Assembly (NCBI GenBank): GCA_963820025.1
Contig: CAWFYL010000001.1
Location: forward strand, 1,000,462-1,064,461
Direction: 5' to 3'
DNA: 64,000 bases
Source: an uncultured Acidimicrobiia bacterium
GTDB lineage: Bacteria > Actinomycetota > Acidimicrobiia > IMCC26256 > JAENVU01
Within the stretch, counting starts at the first letter, position 1. Each line of letters starts with the position of its first letter. Shown piece after piece: positions 20,803 through 31,638 of the stretch. The position numbers and the translations under genes were made by a program. Under the pieces are notes generated by a model. That model had not been told where the DNA came from. It saw only the letters and a list, made by a program, of their open reading frames with translations, and ran no database searches.

Positions 20803-21828
20803 GTGACCCTCGAACGCTTCGTCCGCGAGCGGGAGGCGAGCTGGCTCGCGCTGGAGCAGCTGATCGAGACGAAGGCGACGCGTCGCGACCCGGACGCGGT
20901 GCGCCGGCTGGGCTCGCTCTACCGGTCCTCGGCCGCCGATCTCGCGGTCGCCCGCCGGCGCTTCCCCGGCGACCCCGTCGTCGACCGGCTCGAGCGCCTG
21001 GTGCTCCCGGCCCGCCAGCGGGTCTACGCCAACGAGCGCGGGACCGCGTCGTTCCTCTCCTTCGTCACGACCGGCTACTGGCGCCGGGTCCGGGAGCGTC
21101 CGCTGCTCCTGCTGACCGCGTTCCTGCTGATCATGGGCCCCTGGATCCTGTCCGGGATCTGGGCTGTGCGCGAGCCGGCCCGGGCGCGCGCGCTGGTGCC
21201 CGGGCAGTTCAGCTCGGTCGTCGACCGCGACCGCGCCGACTTCGGCCTGTCGGGCGACAAGAAGGCGGAGGTCTCGAGCGAGATCTTCACCAACAACATC
21301 CGGGTCGCATTCCTCGCGTTCGCCACCGGGATCGCCGCCGGGCTGGGCACCGCCCTCGTGCTCGTGTACCAGGGCGTCACGCTCGGGACCGTGTTCGGGC
21401 TCACGATCAACGCGGGCAACGGCAACGCGCTGTTCGAGTTCACCGCGCCCCACGGTGTCCTCGAGATCAGCTGCATCATCGTCGCGGGCGCGGCCGGCCT
21501 CCGGATGGGGTGGGCGCTCGTCGCGCCCGGGCGACGACGGCGCCGCGACGCGCTCGCGGCCGAGAGCCGGGCCGCGGCCGAGATCGCGGTCGGCACCGGT
21601 GGCGTCCTCGTGCTGTGCGGGATCGTCGAAGGCAGCCTCAGCACCTCCGGGATCGGCCTGGTCCCGGCGGTCGTCGTCGGCCTGCTGATCGGTGGCGCGT
21701 TCTGGTCCCTCGTGTGGTGGCGGGGCCGGCCCGAGCGGCCGGCCGCCTCGGCCGAGGACGCACGGCCGGTGCCCGCGGCCCGGCCGGTGCCCGTGGTCGC
21801 TACAGGTGGGCCCGGGCCTTCGCGTTGA
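20803..21828 (+). CDS. Stage II sporulation protein M-like (DUF95) membrane protein
   Basis: GTG at 20803. Motifs IFTNNIRVAFLAFATG and PHGVLEISCIIVAGAAG. The 3' end overlaps the convergent DUF58 gene by 29 nt. Confidence 0.8.
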   Translation: MTLERFVREREASWLALEQLIETKATRRDPDAVRRLGSLYRSSAADLAVARRRFPGDPVVDRLERLVLPARQRVYANERGTASFLSFVTTGYWRRVRERPLLLLTAFLLIMGPWILSGIWAVREPARARALVPGQFSSVVDRDRADFGLSGDKKAEVSSEIFTNNIRVAFLAFATGIAAGLGTALVLVYQGVTLGTVFGLTINAGNGNALFEFTAPHGVLEISCIIVAGAAGLRMGWALVAPGRRRRRDALAAESRAAAEIAVGTGGVLVLCGIVEGSLSTSGIGLVPAVVVGLLIGGAFWSLVWWRGRPERPAASAEDARPVPAARPVPVVATGGPGPSR

Positions 21829-23114
21829 GGTAGGCCGAGACGCACGCCGCCGCGAGACGGTCGGGATCGGCCTCGACGACCACCGCGCCCGCGTGGTGCA
21901 GGTGGCTCGTGACCCGGCGACGCGCCTCGAGGACGTCGAGTGCGACGATCGCCGAGAACACGTCCGCCGTCTCGCGCGGCGGCTGCTCCACGAGCCCGGT
22001 CAGGTCGGGGTCGCTGCAGCTCGCCACGACCACCGCGTGGCGCCGGGCGAGATAGGGGATCGCGTCGAGCAGCGCGGAGGCCGCGGACTCGTCGAGCAGG
22101 TCGGTGAAGACGACGACGAGTGCCCGCTTGCCGCCCCCGACGGCGTGGAACGCGAGCTCGTAGTCGGAGTCGACCGGGCGCGGTTCGAGGTCGTAGACGG
22201 CCCGCACGACGGCGTCGCTCCCCCGGCGCCGGGGTCGGAGGTGGCGACGCATCTCGGCGTCGAACGCGACCACGCCCGCCCGGTCACCCAACTCGTCGGC
22301 GACGTACGCCACCGCGACGACGGCGTCGAGCGCGGCGTCGAGCCGGGTGCGGTCGCCGATCGGTGCGGCCATGAGCCGCCCGGTGTCGACCACCGCCACC
22401 ACATCCCGGTCCTGCTCGACCCGGAACTGGTTGCTCATCGGCCGGCCGGTCCGCAGGGTGGCGGGCCAGTTGATCTGGCGGGCGTCGTCGTCGGGCAGGT
22501 ACTCGCGGACCGACTCGAAGTCGGTACCGAGCCCGAGCGGGCCGCGGGTCTGCCGGCCGGGGTCGCGGAACCTCCCGCGCCGGACCGACGATCGCGAGGC
22601 GGCGGGCCGCGGGCAGGTCGGGGTACACGAGGACGTCGGCGGTGTCGTGCTCGTCCCGGAACCAGGATGCGAGGCCGAGCAGCCCGTCGACCCGCGTCGA
22701 CACCGGCGGGACGACGTGCCGGCCCCGGCGCCGGGCGACGAGGCGCGCATCGAGCCCGCCGTCGCGCTTCGGCCGGCTCGACGGTGAAGTCCGGACCGAC
22801 GGGCTGGCGCGTCCGCACTGCGCCCGACCGGGCCGCCTCCGCGGCGACGATCAGCGGCGCCGGCACCCCGCGGCGAGCACATGTGGCAGGTCGCGTGCGA
22901 CGACCGGCCGGGCCCTCGTCATCGCCGCGTCGACCGCGAACGCGGTCAGCACTGCGATCGCGGCGACGACCGCCGCCATGGTCGTCGTGACGAGTGCGAG
23001 CGCGGCGGCGAGCACGAGGAGGAGGCCGGCCCGGCGCGTGATGCCGAGCGGTGCGAGCGACAGCCCGATGACCAACGCGGTCCCGACCGCCAGCGCGACC
23101 ACGATCAGACCCAC
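21800..23114 (-). pseudogene. DUF58-family protein (usual MoxR partner), reading frame broken three times
   Basis: Protein-like sequence hops between ORFs 22851..23243 (TM N-terminus), 22435..22866 (PAPLIVAAEA...FTVEPAE), 22284..22703 (RRRGRHVVPPVSTRVDGLLGLASWF) and 21800..22882 (GTDFESVREYLPDDDARQINW...). The breaks lie near 22867, 22764 and 22583. Confidence 0.75.
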
Positions 23115-23122
23115 GGTCAGCC

Positions 23123-24053
23123 CTACCGGGGTACGGGGACGCTGGCCAGCGTGGCCTGGACCGCGTCGTCGGGCCGGTAGCGCTCGAGCTCGGCCTCCGG
23201 GCTGAGCAGCAGCCGGTGGCGGAGCACCGGTCGGGCCATCCACGCGACGTCGTCGGGCGTCACGAACGCGCGGCCAGAGAGCCGCGCCGAGGCCCTGGCC
23301 GCGGCCAGTAGGTGCACCGCGGCGCGGGGGCTCGCGCCGAGCGAGACGCTGGGCAGCTCACGGGTCCGCCGGACCAGCGACGCGACGTACCCGATGATCT
23401 CGTCGGCGACTGCGGTCGCGTCGACCTCCGCACGGAGCGCGAGCAGCTCCTCCATCCCGCACACCGCAGCCACGTCCTGGAGCGTCGCCGGCGCGACGCC
23501 GCGGTGCGCGAGCTTGAGCAGCGCGAGCTCGTGCGCCTCGTCCGGATAGCCGACATCGACCTTCAGGACGAAACGGTCGAGCTGCGCCTCGGGCAGTGGG
23601 TAGGTGCCTTCGTACTCGATCGGGTTCTGCGTCGCGACGACGAAGAAGGGATCGGGCAACGGGTGGCGCGTCCCGTCGATCGTCACCTGGTACTCCTGCA
23701 TCGCCTCGAGCAGCGCAGCCTGGGTCTTCGGCGGCGTGCGGTTGATCTCGTCGGCGAGCAGCACGTTCGTGAACACCGGTCCGGGCGAGAACGCGAGCTC
23801 GCCCGCCGCGCAGGGTCATCGTCCCGGTGAGGTCGGACGGCAGCATGTCGGGGGTGAACTGGACGCGGCGGAAGGACACGCCGAGCGCGCGCGACACCGC
23901 GTTCGCGAGCAGGGTCTTGGCCACGCCGGGGACACCCTCGAGGAGCACGTGTCCCTGAACCGCCACCCCGGCCAGGACCAGGTCGACCACCTCGTCCTGG
24001 CCGACGACGACCTTGCGGACCTCTGCCGCGACCCGGTCGCGCAGCTCCCTCAC
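23123..24053 (-). pseudogene. moxR: MoxR-family AAA+ ATPase, reading frame broken once
   Basis: Walker A GVPGVAKT is in ORF 23358..24053. Walker B and sensor ([30 protein letters not shown]) are in ORF 23123..23776. They join near 23803, where cgcggcgggcgagctc on the coding strand would be in frame with one fewer G. Confidence 0.85.
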
Positions 24054-25168
24054 GGTGCTCCTCTCTCGGCCCGGGCGAGCGCGCGTCCCGCGGCCAGGAT
24101 GGCTTCAGTGTCGCTCGCGGGTCGGAACAAGGCGGTGATGTCCTCGGCGCTCCACCCCAGCCGCGCCGCGGCGGCACGGATCTCCTCGGGCGGCGCGTCC
24201 GCCGGGAGCCCGGCGCGGCGCGCCGACCTGCGCGCGTGCCGCGGCCTGGAGCGGGGCGACGGCCTCGGCCGGGCGCCGGGTGCGGGCCATCGTGGCGCCC
24301 ATCGCGTCGACGTACGGCGCGGCGGGGCGGCGGAAGCCGACGGACGGTCTCCTCCGCGGGTCCGATCCGGCGGGACGCGGCGATCACGGTCAGCAGCGCG
24401 GCGAGGGCCCCGCCGACGAGCGCGACCTTCCAACGCCCGGGGATCGCTCCGAGGCCGGACTCGGACCCGAAGCCGTGCGGCCCCTCAACGAAGACGACGG
24501 GACGGTGGCCGGTGCCTGCGAGCGCAACGCCGAACGCCGCGTTGTCGGCCTGATCGAGGCGACGGTTCTGCAGCGGCGACGTGTCCGCGAGCAGCACGAC
24601 GGTCCCCGGGGCCGACTGCTGCACGGTGAGACCGCCGCTCGTCGAGGCGCCGCCGCCTTCGACCCGCCAGCGACCGTGGCCGTCGGTGTGGACGAGGTAG
24701 CGGTCGCCGTCGATCTCGGCCCGGGTCCGTGTCGGCCCCTCGGGCGTCCAGGTCGACGCGGGCGGCACGGAGCGGTCCGGCCCATGCGGTCGCGTCGGGC
24801 CCGCCGGCGACCAGCCGGCCGCCGGCGTGCGTGAAGTCGGCGACGGCTCGTCGCTCCTCGTCACTCGGGCGGCCGGCGTCGAGCACGACCAGGACCGACC
24901 GCGGGTCGAGCGTGCCCGAGTGGAGCTCGCCGCGCGCGCGGCTGGCCGGGTGCCCGTAGCGCTGGAGGAGCGCGGCGTAGCCCGCGGTGCCGGTCGCGGC
25001 AGTGGAGAACGACGAAGCGCGCGAGCCGGTCCGATCGGCGCCGCGGGTGGCGGCGTCGAGCAACCCGAGCCCGGCGTTGAGCACCACCAGCACGACCACC
25101 GCGACGATCGCGGCCCGGACGCCGGCCGGCATCCGGCGCCAGCGCGAGCTGCGGGTCGTGACGGTCAT
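24050..25168 (-). pseudogene. DUF4350-type membrane-anchored protein, reading frame broken three times
   Basis: Segments lie in ORFs 24485..25168, 23683..24864, 24105..24302 and 24050..24433, joining near 24775, 24325 and 24222. There are 4-nt start/stop overlaps with both neighbours. Confidence 0.7.
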
Positions 25169-25790
25169 CGGGACCGGGCCCCGGTCAGGACGCGCGGCCA
25201 GCGGTCCCGAGCGTCCGATACGTCGCCGGCGTCGGCGGTCCGGCCGCCGTAGGCCACCGCGTCGAAGCGCGCCGCCAGCTCCTCGAAGTCGCGCGAACGG
25301 AGTGTGTGCGCGACCTGGCTGCTGGTGAGCGACGGGCGGTAGCGGATCGCGCCGGCCCGGTCGAGGCGCATCAGACCGGCCCGGAACCGGAGGCGGATCG
25401 CGAGGTTGAGGTCTCCGGCCGCCTCGGCCTGCTCGGCTTCTCGCTCGAGCGCGTCCGGGTCCAGCCGGGCGACGTCGGACGCGACCTTCGTTTCGCGCTC
25501 GGTCCGGACCGCGCGCGCCGCTCGCGCACGCGTGTCACCCACCAGGCGAGCGCGACGACGACGGCGACGAGCAGGATCACGAACAGGATCCGACCGAGAC
25601 CCTGAGAGAAGAAGTCGACGATCGGGCGCAGCACGCGCCCGATCGGTTCGAGCCGGTCACCGATCCATCGCAGCACGCCTTGGAGTGGCTTCGGCACCGC
25701 CTCGGGACGGTAGGAGCGTGACTCGACGATCCCGCGTGCGGTCCGGCGGGCCGCGTCCGGGTCGACGCGGGCGAGGACGCTTCCGCTCAC
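25165..25790 (-). pseudogene. DUF4129-type membrane protein, reading frame broken once
   Basis: The N-terminal TM part (ILFVILLVAVVVALAWWV) is in ORF 25371..26012. The C-terminal DUF4129-like part (AIRLRFRAGLMRLDRAGAIRYRPSLTSSQ) is in ORF 25165..25542. The break lies in a gcgcgcgcg run near 25514. GTGA overlap with the upstream gene. Confidence 0.7.
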
Positions 25791-27070
25791 GCGTCGTGCG
25801 GCGGCTCGGGCGGCGGGTCGTCCGCGGCCGCGGCGTCCCCGGGCGGCTCGGGGTCGAGGGGGATCGCGGCCCACAGCGAGGTCGACGGCGGCGCCTCCGG
25901 CTCGGACCCGGGTGGGCTCGGCGCAGCGGCGGGGCTCGGCGGTGGTGCCGGGCCCGGCGTCGGCGCGGGGGCCGGCGCGACACCTGGTGGTGTCGCGGGA
26001 GGTGTGGACCACGGCGCGCTCGCGGGCGGCGCGGCCGGCGCCGGCGCGAGTGGGTCACCCCACGACGGTGTGGGCGGGGCCGGAACCGGTGGCACGGCGC
26101 TGGGCGGGGGCGCCCACGACCCCACCGGCGGCGGGCTCCACGCGCCGGGCGCCGGGGTCTGCTGCCACGTCCCCGCCGGGGGCGGGGTCCCCCACGGCGC
26201 CGATGGGTCCGTCCACGCGCCCGGCGCGGGCGCGTACCCGGCGGGCGGCGGGCTCACGCCCATCCGCTGAGCCATCAGCGCGACGTCGAAGCCCTCCTTG
26301 CGGACCCGAAGCTCGAAGTAGATGAGGGCGACGACCGCGGCGCTGAACGGGGTCGTGAGCACGAGCGCGACGCCACGGGCGAGCGCGGTCGCGGTCTGCG
26401 TCGCCGTGTAGCTCGCCCCGCTGAAGAGCAGCGGGATCGTGAAGATCGTGAGCGCGAAGGACACCGCGGCCGTGATCAGGAACGCGATGAGCAACGCGCC
26501 GCACGTCGGCCACCAGCGTCCCTTGACCAGCTCGCGTGAGCGGGTGAGAGCCCTCGTGCCCTTCGTGTCTTCGACGAGGAGCACCGGCACCGCGATCGCC
26601 CACGAGACGTACAACCAGACTCCCGGGACGATGCAGAAGAGGAAGCCGAGCCCGACGCCCAGCGCGTTCAGGAGTCCGATCCAGACGATCGACCGGAGCT
26701 TCGACAGCCCGAACCGCAGCGACTCGCGCCATGACGTGACGGTGCCGAGGTACGTGTCGCTGACCATCTTCAGGCAGGACGCGGTGGCGAGCAGGCCCGA
26801 CACGATGACGACCAGCTGGAGCAGGAGGATCGCGGCGAACACGGTGGCGCTGTTGCCGGTCGACGTGGAGGTCGTGGTGAAGCCGTTGGTCGTGCGCGTC
26901 GTGGTCGGGCTCGGCAGCGACAGCACCACGAGCACGTTGAAGACCTGCACCGGGATGACCACGACGGCGACGGCCTTGAGCATCGTCCCGAACCGGGCGC
27001 GGTAGATCTTGAGCGCGCCGTCGATGACCTCGCCGACTCCGAGCGGGCGGAGCCACCGTGCGTCCATCAT
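25787..27070 (-). CDS. Polytopic membrane protein with long Pro-rich C-terminal tail, first gene of the MoxR operon
   Basis: 427 aa and intact. About six TM helices, then roughly 150 aa dominated by P/A/G/W repeats. Confidence 0.75.
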   Translation of the reverse strand: MMDARWLRPLGVGEVIDGALKIYRARFGTMLKAVAVVVIPVQVFNVLVVLSLPSPTTTRTTNGFTTTSTSTGNSATVFAAILLLQLVVIVSGLLATASCLKMVSDTYLGTVTSWRESLRFGLSKLRSIVWIGLLNALGVGLGFLFCIVPGVWLYVSWAIAVPVLLVEDTKGTRALTRSRELVKGRWWPTCGALLIAFLITAAVSFALTIFTIPLLFSGASYTATQTATALARGVALVLTTPFSAAVVALIYFELRVRKEGFDVALMAQRMGVSPPPAGYAPAPGAWTDPSAPWGTPPPAGTWQQTPAPGAWSPPPVGSWAPPPSAVPPVPAPPTPSWGDPLAPAPAAPPASAPWSTPPATPPGVAPAPAPTPGPAPPPSPAAAPSPPGSEPEAPPSTSLWAAIPLDPEPPGDAAAADDPPPEPPHDA

Positions 27071-27184
27071 GGTTCCGACCTCATCGGGCGATCCCAGCCT
27101 GCCCCGGGCGTCTTCGACGAAGGATACGGCCGGATCTGCCGCGTCCTTGAGGTCTTCTCCGAGGCCGGGAAACGGCTCGCGGGG

Positions 27185-28369
27185 TTAGAGGGTGCGGAGG
27201 ATCGCCGCGTCGCCCTGGCCGCCGCCGCCGCAGAGGGCCGCCGCGCCGACGCCACCACCGCGGCGCCGGAGCTCGTTGATGAGCGTCAGGACGATGCGCG
27301 AGCCGGACATGCCGACCGGGTGGCCGAGCGCGATCGCGCCGCCGTTGACGTTGACGACGTCCTCGCTGATACCGAGGTCGCGCGCGCTCGCGAGCCCGAC
27401 GCCCGCGAACGCCTCGTTGAGCTCGAACAGGTCCACCGACGCGAGCGGGAGGTTCGCGGCACCGAGCGCCTGCTTGATCGCGCGCGACGGCTGGGTCAGC
27501 AGCGAGGTGTCCGGGCCGGCCACCATCCCGTACCCGACGAGCTCGGCGATCGGGGTGAGCCCGAGCTCGGCCGCCTTCTCGGAGCTCGTCACGACCATCG
27601 CCGCGGCACCGTCGGAGATCTGCGACGCGTTGCCCGCGGTGATGGTGCCGTCCTTCGTGAACGCGGGGCGGAGCTTGCCGAGCGACTCGACCGTGGTGCC
27701 GGGCCGCACGCCCTCGTCCTCCTCGACCAGCACCGGGTCACCCTTGCGCTGCGGAACCGGCACCGGGACGATCTCGTCCGCGAAGCGGCCCTCCTTCATC
27801 GCGGAGGCGGCGCGATCGTGGCTGCGGGCCGCGAACTCGTCCTGCAGCTCGCGGGTGAGCCCACCGAAGCTCGCGGTGTACTGGTCGGTGCCCTCACCCA
27901 TGTGCATCGCGTCGAACGCGCACCACAGGCCGTCGTTGATCAGGGAGTCGGTCAGCTCGCCGTTGCCCATCCGGTAGCCGGACCGCGCGTTCTGCAGCAG
28001 GTACGGCGCGTTCGTCATCGACTCCATGCCGCCGGCCACCACGACCTCGGCGTCGCCGGACTGGACCATCTGGTCGGCGAGGTACAGGGCGTTGATCCCG
28101 GAGAGGCACACCTTGTTGATCGTGTTGGCGGGAACGGTCATCGGGATCCCGCCCTTCACCGCCGCCTGGCGGGAGGTGATCTGGCCCTGGCCGGCCTGCA
28201 GGACGTGTCCCATGATCACGTAGTCCACCTGGTCGGGACCCACGCCACCGCGCTCGAGCGCGGCGCGGATGGCGACGCCGCCGAGGTCCATTGCGCTGAG
28301 GGACGCGAACGCGCCCGAGAGCTTCCCGATCGGCGTGCGAGCGGTGGAGACGATCACGGAACCGGGCAT
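27185..28369 (-). CDS. Acetyl-CoA C-acetyltransferase (thiolase II)
   Basis: 394 aa with active-site contexts NKVCLSGINA, GNASQISDGAAA and NGGAIALGHPVG...CGGGG. Confidence 0.9.
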   Translation of the reverse strand: MPGSVIVSTARTPIGKLSGAFASLSAMDLGGVAIRAALERGGVGPDQVDYVIMGHVLQAGQGQITSRQAAVKGGIPMTVPANTINKVCLSGINALYLADQMVQSGDAEVVVAGGMESMTNAPYLLQNARSGYRMGNGELTDSLINDGLWCAFDAMHMGEGTDQYTASFGGLTRELQDEFAARSHDRAASAMKEGRFADEIVPVPVPQRKGDPVLVEEDEGVRPGTTVESLGKLRPAFTKDGTITAGNASQISDGAAAMVVTSSEKAAELGLTPIAELVGYGMVAGPDTSLLTQPSRAIKQALGAANLPLASVDLFELNEAFAGVGLASARDLGISEDVVNVNGGAIALGHPVGMSGSRIVLTLINELRRRGGGVGAAALCGGGGQGDAAILRTL

Positions 28370-28539
28370 GGCTGACTCCCGAAAGGCTGGTTACTCGCTG
28401 GTCACTTTGGATGGTAGCGCTCCTCCCCGACCCTCCGTCCAGGCCATGGCGACGGATCCGCGGCGCCGCTGCGGTCGCCGCCCCTCGGGTCGCTCCGCGC
28501 TCCGCACTGCGTGCCCGCTTCGTCCTACGCTCCGCCCCC

Positions 28540-29889
28540 ATGACGACTGCGATCGACGCCATCCGCACCGCGATCCTCGAAGGCGCGCCCGGCGAGGAGC
28601 TCGGCGCGCTCCCGCTGCCGGAGGCGGCCCGGGGCGCCCTGGTCCGGGCCGAGGACCAGAGCATGTTCGACGGGCTCCCGTCCGAGGAGAAGGACCCCCG
28701 CAAGTCGACGCGCGTCGAGGACTTCCCGCTGCCCGAGCTCGCGCCCGACGAGGCGGTCATCGCGGTGATGGCGAGCTCGATCAACTTCAACACGGTGTGG
28801 ACGTCGATCTTCGAGCCGTTGCCGACGTTCGGCTTCCTCAAGCGGCTGGGCAAGGAGAGCGTCTGGGGCGCGCGCCACGACCAGCCGTTCCACGTCATGG
28901 GCAGCGACGCCTCCGGTGTCGTGCTGCGGGTCGGGTCCGCGGTCCGCAACTGGAAGCCGGGCGACCAGGTGACCGTCCACTGCAACTACGTGGACGATCA
29001 GGACCCGTCGAGCCACGACGACGCGATGCTCGCCGCGAACCAGCGGATCTGGGGCTTCGAGTCGAACTTCGGTGGGCTCGCGGACCTGAGCGTCGTGCGG
29101 GCCAACCAGCTGATGCCGAAGCCGGCGCACCTGACGTGGGAGGAAGCCGCGGTCAACGCGCTCACCAACTCCACCAGCTACCGCATGATCGTCAGCCCGA
29201 ACGGCTCGCAGATGACCCAGGGGCAGACGGTCCTCGTCTGGGGCGCGAGCGGGGGCATCGGAGCGTACGCGTGCCAGTACGTGCTGAACGGCGGCGGCAC
29301 GCCGGTGGGTGTCGTCTCGTCACCCGAGCGCGCCGCGCTGCTGCACGAGCTCGGTGTCGCGGCGGTCATCGACCGCAAGGCCGAGGGGTACCGGTTCTGG
29401 AACGACGAGGGCCAGCAGGACCCGGGCGAATGGCGGCGGTTCGGCAAGAAGATCCGTGAGCTCGTCGGCACCGATCCCGACATCGTGTTCGAGCACCCCG
29501 GCCGTCAGACGATGGGTGCGTCGGTGTTCGTCGCCAAGCGCGGCGGGATGATCATCACCTCCGCGGCGACGAGCGGCTTCATGATCGAGTACGACAACCG
29601 CTACCTCTGGATGAACCTGAAGACGCTGAAGGGTTGCCACTTCGCGAACTACCGCGAGGCGTGGGAGGCCAACCGGCTCGTCGCCGAGGGCAAGATCTTC
29701 CCGACGATCTCGAAGTCGTTCGCACTCGAGGACACCGGCGAGGCCGCGTACCAGGTGCACCACAACCAGCACGAGGGCAAGCTCGGCATCCTCTGCCTCG
29801 CACCCGAGGAGGGGCTCGGCGTGACCGACGGCGAGATGCGCGAGCGCCTGCTCCCGCAGATCACGCTGTTCCGGAAGTACGCCCAGTGA
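28540..29889 (+). CDS. ccr: Crotonyl-CoA carboxylase/reductase
   Basis: Near-colinear similarity to Streptomyces Ccr as I recall it (MASSINFNTVWTSIFEP, RIWGFESNFGGLA, GASGGIGAYA, FEHPGRQTMGASV, LCLAPEEGLGV). ATG at 28540. Confidence 0.9.
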   Translation: MTTAIDAIRTAILEGAPGEELGALPLPEAARGALVRAEDQSMFDGLPSEEKDPRKSTRVEDFPLPELAPDEAVIAVMASSINFNTVWTSIFEPLPTFGFLKRLGKESVWGARHDQPFHVMGSDASGVVLRVGSAVRNWKPGDQVTVHCNYVDDQDPSSHDDAMLAANQRIWGFESNFGGLADLSVVRANQLMPKPAHLTWEEAAVNALTNSTSYRMIVSPNGSQMTQGQTVLVWGASGGIGAYACQYVLNGGGTPVGVVSSPERAALLHELGVAAVIDRKAEGYRFWNDEGQQDPGEWRRFGKKIRELVGTDPDIVFEHPGRQTMGASVFVAKRGGMIITSAATSGFMIEYDNRYLWMNLKTLKGCHFANYREAWEANRLVAEGKIFPTISKSFALEDTGEAAYQVHHNQHEGKLGILCLAPEEGLGVTDGEMRERLLPQITLFRKYAQ

Positions 29890-29900
29890 GCAGCTGAGGC

Positions 29901-30212
29901 TCAGGTCATCGCGCTGAGCTCGCGGATCTCGAAGTCGGCGACCTGCTGGCGCAGCTTCTCGATGCACTCGCGCAGGACCGTCCCCCGGACGCGGACGAGG
30001 TCCTCGGCGCTGTCGTAGGCGGTGCAGAGAATCAGGTCGGCCTGACCCGGACCGGAGACCCGGTTGCGCTCCACCCTGATCTCGCGCACCTCGGTGATGC
30101 CCGTGCACGCGGTCTCGAACGCGTCGGCGATCTCCTGGCTCGTCGCGCCACGGTCGCGGTGCTCACCCGCGACCGTCACGACGAGGTAGTGGCGGCATCC
30201 CGACGTTCCCAT
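29901..30212 (-). CDS. Hypothetical small protein (103 aa)
   Basis: Clean ORF with coding-like composition between ccr and the epimerase gene. No family recognised. Confidence 0.4.
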   Translation of the reverse strand: MGTSGCRHYLVVTVAGEHRDRGATSQEIADAFETACTGITEVREIRVERNRVSGPGQADLILCTAYDSAEDLVRVRGTVLRECIEKLRQQVADFEIRELSAMT

Positions 30213-30372
30213 CGGGTCGGTTGTCGGCGCCGGCGTCAGAGGGCTTGAGCGGACCGCGCACAGCCCGACCTACCATCCGACGCATGAGCGGAGCCAAGCT
30301 CGCACGTCGCCTGGGGAGCGAGCGGAGCGTGGCCCGAGCGGCCCGGCGGCGCAGCCGCCAAGAGCGGGAGTC

Positions 30373-30780
30373 ATGAGCGAGCTGACCGAGATCGACCACA
30401 TCGCGATCGCCGTCGAGGACCTGGAAGCGGCAATCGAGTACTACGAGAAGACCTTCGGCTGCACCGTGGCCCACCGGGAAGTGGTGGAGAAGGACGGGGT
30501 GGAGGAGGCGCTCCTCGCGGTCGCCGACTCCTACGTCCAGCTGCTCACCCCGGTCCGGGACGACTCGACGGTCGCCAGGTACCTCGCGACCAAGGGCGAG
30601 GGTCTCCACCACGTGGGCTACCGCGTCGACGACTGTGCTGCGGCGCTGGCGCGCGTGAAGGCCGAGGGCCATCGCGTCATCGACGAGGTCCCGCGGCTGG
30701 GGAGCCGGGGCACGACGGTCGCATTCGTCCACCCGAAGACCGCTTTCGGCACGCTCATCGAGCTGGTTCAGGAGCACTGA
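30373..30780 (+). CDS. Methylmalonyl-CoA (ethylmalonyl-CoA) epimerase, VOC fold
   Basis: 135 aa with IDHIAIAVEDLEAAIEYY, GEGLHHVGYRVDD and VAFVHPK. Confidence 0.85.
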   Translation: MSELTEIDHIAIAVEDLEAAIEYYEKTFGCTVAHREVVEKDGVEEALLAVADSYVQLLTPVRDDSTVARYLATKGEGLHHVGYRVDDCAAALARVKAEGHRVIDEVPRLGSRGTTVAFVHPKTAFGTLIELVQEH

Positions 30781-30800
30781 AGGCTGCCGATACCTTCTCC

Positions 30801-31582
30801 ATGCCGGAGGAGCCGACCAGCACTGCAACCCCCGAGGGTGGAGGCGCGATCCCCGCCCGGGATGTCGAGGTCCGTCACGTCCCCGCCGGCGGGATCCTCG
30901 TCTTCGAGCGCCCCGACCGGAGCGGCCCCCCGATCCGGGAGCTCCCGGCCGGCGAGGAGATCAGCGTCGCCGGCCGCCGCCCGCCGTGGGTGCACATCCG
31001 AGCCGCGGACGGTGTCGACGGCTGGGTGGACGGCACCGAGCTGGCCGGGATCGCGGCCGGTACGGCGTCGGCTGCGGCGCAGCCGGCTCGCGAAGGATCG
31101 CCGGGGGCGTCGCCGGTCATGCCTCCCGCCGTCGTCGAGAAGCAACGGAGCCCGTTGCGCCTCGGCACCGCCCCCGTCCTCGGAGCGTTCGCCGGCATCG
31201 TGGCGATCGTCGGGAGCGCGCTCCCGTGGGTGCAGTCGGTCGGCACGCTGCACGAGGTGGACGCGTTCGGCCTGCCGGTCCGCGTCCTCGAGCGGGTGGG
31301 ACCACGCGCTCAAGGGTGGGTTCGAGCTCGGCCTGCTGATCGTGATCCTCGCCGGGGTCGGCGCGGTCGTGTCCCTCGTGTCGGGTGGCGGCATCGTGCG
31401 GCGGGCGCTCGGCCTCGCGCTCGATGATCATCTGCGTCGTGTACGTCCTGCAGACCCAGGACCTCCTCGCGTCGAGCGACCGTGGCCTCGGTACCGGGCT
31501 GAACGTGTGGGACCTCGTGGACTACGGGGTGCTCGTGACCTTCGGCGGCGGGCTCGTCATGCTCTGTGCGCCGAGTCGTTGA
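30801..31582 (+). pseudogene. SH3-like domain plus C-terminal TM protein, reading frame broken twice
   Basis: The N-terminal part is in ORF 30801..31427 (WVHIRAADGVDGWVDGTEL). The TM parts continue in ORF 30838..31629 (GFELGLLIVILAGVGAVVSLV) and ORF 31385..31582 (MIICVVYVLQTQ...). The joins lie near 31295 and 31420. Confidence 0.55.
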
Positions 31583-31638
31583 GCCACCGGTCCTCGCGCC
31601 ACCCCGTCGATCACCAGACGCACCACTAGCCTGGTCGG

